Of a stretch of DNA of 64,000 nt, positions 63,150-64,000 are shown piece by piece. The notes below the pieces were generated by a model. The model worked only from the letters and a program-made list of their open reading frames with translations. It made no database searches and was not told the origin of the DNA. Where the stretch lies: assembly GCA_973895155.1 (NCBI GenBank), contig OZ316899.1:13395934-13459933 (forward strand). Reading direction: 5' to 3'. The stretch is from Marsupella aquatica. Taxonomy: Eukaryota; Plantae; Marchantiophyta. Positions within the stretch are counted from its first letter, which is position 1, and every line of letters starts with the position of its first letter. The position numbers were made by a program, and so were the translations under genes.

Positions 63150-64000
63150 TGTGACGCCGCCGGTACGGCGGGAAATGAGTGCTTCGGCCTAATCGTGCTT
63201 AGCATGTGCGTTAGGGGTATCTTAGGCCGTAATTATTAGAGCAACGATAGTATTTAGGTAGCTATTATGAGTAGAAAATCATTAGTCAATAAGGGGCATT
63301 TGTGTTCGGGCCGGCGACGGGTCGCCATTTGCACGCTCGGGTTGCGAGCATGTAATGGGCCCCTTCCTCGGGTCCGTATAACAAACTCCGAGAGGCAGCC
63401 ACTGACACACACTAACCCGGACTGGCGGAGTGGCCGGTACACTGCAAGTGTGAAAGGCTCGGCCTATAAGTGACGAGGAGGCGTCGGGCAACCGACGAGC
63501 TCTCAGGGTATACAACGGGGGCCAATCCTTTGCAGGGCACCAGTTCTTCAGTTCACGTGCCAGCTTCGACCCTAGTTCTCTCGCTTAGCCTTAGTCGCCT
63601 TCTATCTCCTCTGAATGTCGCACACAATCCTTTCCAGTTTGGCCATACAATTTTGGACGCAGTTCCTATCTATCGGAGGGCACTTGGCCGACTCATTGAA
63701 ACACGCCAACCCGCACCGATACAAAATTGAACGCGAATACAAGAGAGCCATCCGCCTAGCAGGCCGCCACCACTATCTCCTTAACTTTGACTACCCATCC
63801 CAGAGCGAGCTTTACCAACCCAAAGAGATATCAGGGTACTTCTTCGACGGAGGCAAATATATCGGCTTCTGGGAGGCACTGCTTCGGCTTCCGGACAAGG
63901 TCTTCAATATCCCAGGCACGATCAACTTACAGCGACACCACTTTGATCACATCCCCGCTCGGGTCCAGGCTATCATCAACAGCAAGTTCAACACTACCCG
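63150..64000. mobile_element. Start of another probable LTR element inserted in the RT of copia element A (runs off the window)
   Basis: Copia RT homology stops abruptly at TGTGACGCC (63150), the same 9-mer that starts both solo LTRs; composition changes to GC-rich. Confidence 0.6.

Noticed and set aside
1-64000. tRNA or rRNA genes, or a prokaryotic origin for the ParB/MTase region
   Set aside because: No RNA gene was recognised (PBS motifs are only tRNA-complementary). The ParB/MTase-like gene has spliceosomal introns and lies inside plant transposons, so it is not bacterial contamination.

Overview
This is eukaryotic, almost certainly land-plant DNA (TTTAGGG motifs, GT-AG introns, Bianca-type copia and chromovirus elements; probably a non-seed plant, which is inference). 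It is a deeply nested, decaying transposon cluster with no intact host gene. Most boundaries could be read from terminal repeats and target-site duplications (TSDs). (1) A 350-bp non-autonomous element at 2098-2447 has an 8-bp TSD. (2) A 21-kb CACTA/EnSpm element at 2559-23693 (13-bp TIR, TSD TCA) encodes a transposase, a TnpA-like gene and a SET-domain gene. It contains a full chromovirus at 7501-15939 with unusual AGT...ACT LTR ends and a solo LTR at 19495-22236. (3) A Bianca-like copia starting near 27829 is split by three insertions: a 26-kb Mutator-like element (29242-55347, 8-bp TSD), a second Bianca copy (55655-61432) and another LTR element from 63150. The Mutator-like element carries a ParB-like plus beta-class N4C/N6A methyltransferase-like gene and about 25 dispersed copies of a 19-bp palindrome, GCTAGCGCCNGGCGCTAGC, found only in its non-coding parts. 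It is interrupted by a solo LTR (31656-34371) and by an 11.4-kb element encoding a P-element-like DDE transposase (39731-51115), flanked by a 404-bp direct duplication of target DNA. The best candidates for new biology are the ParB/MTase plus palindrome Mutator system, the SET-carrying CACTA and the P-like element with a very long target duplication. All protein calls come from motif recognition by eye; no database searches were run.
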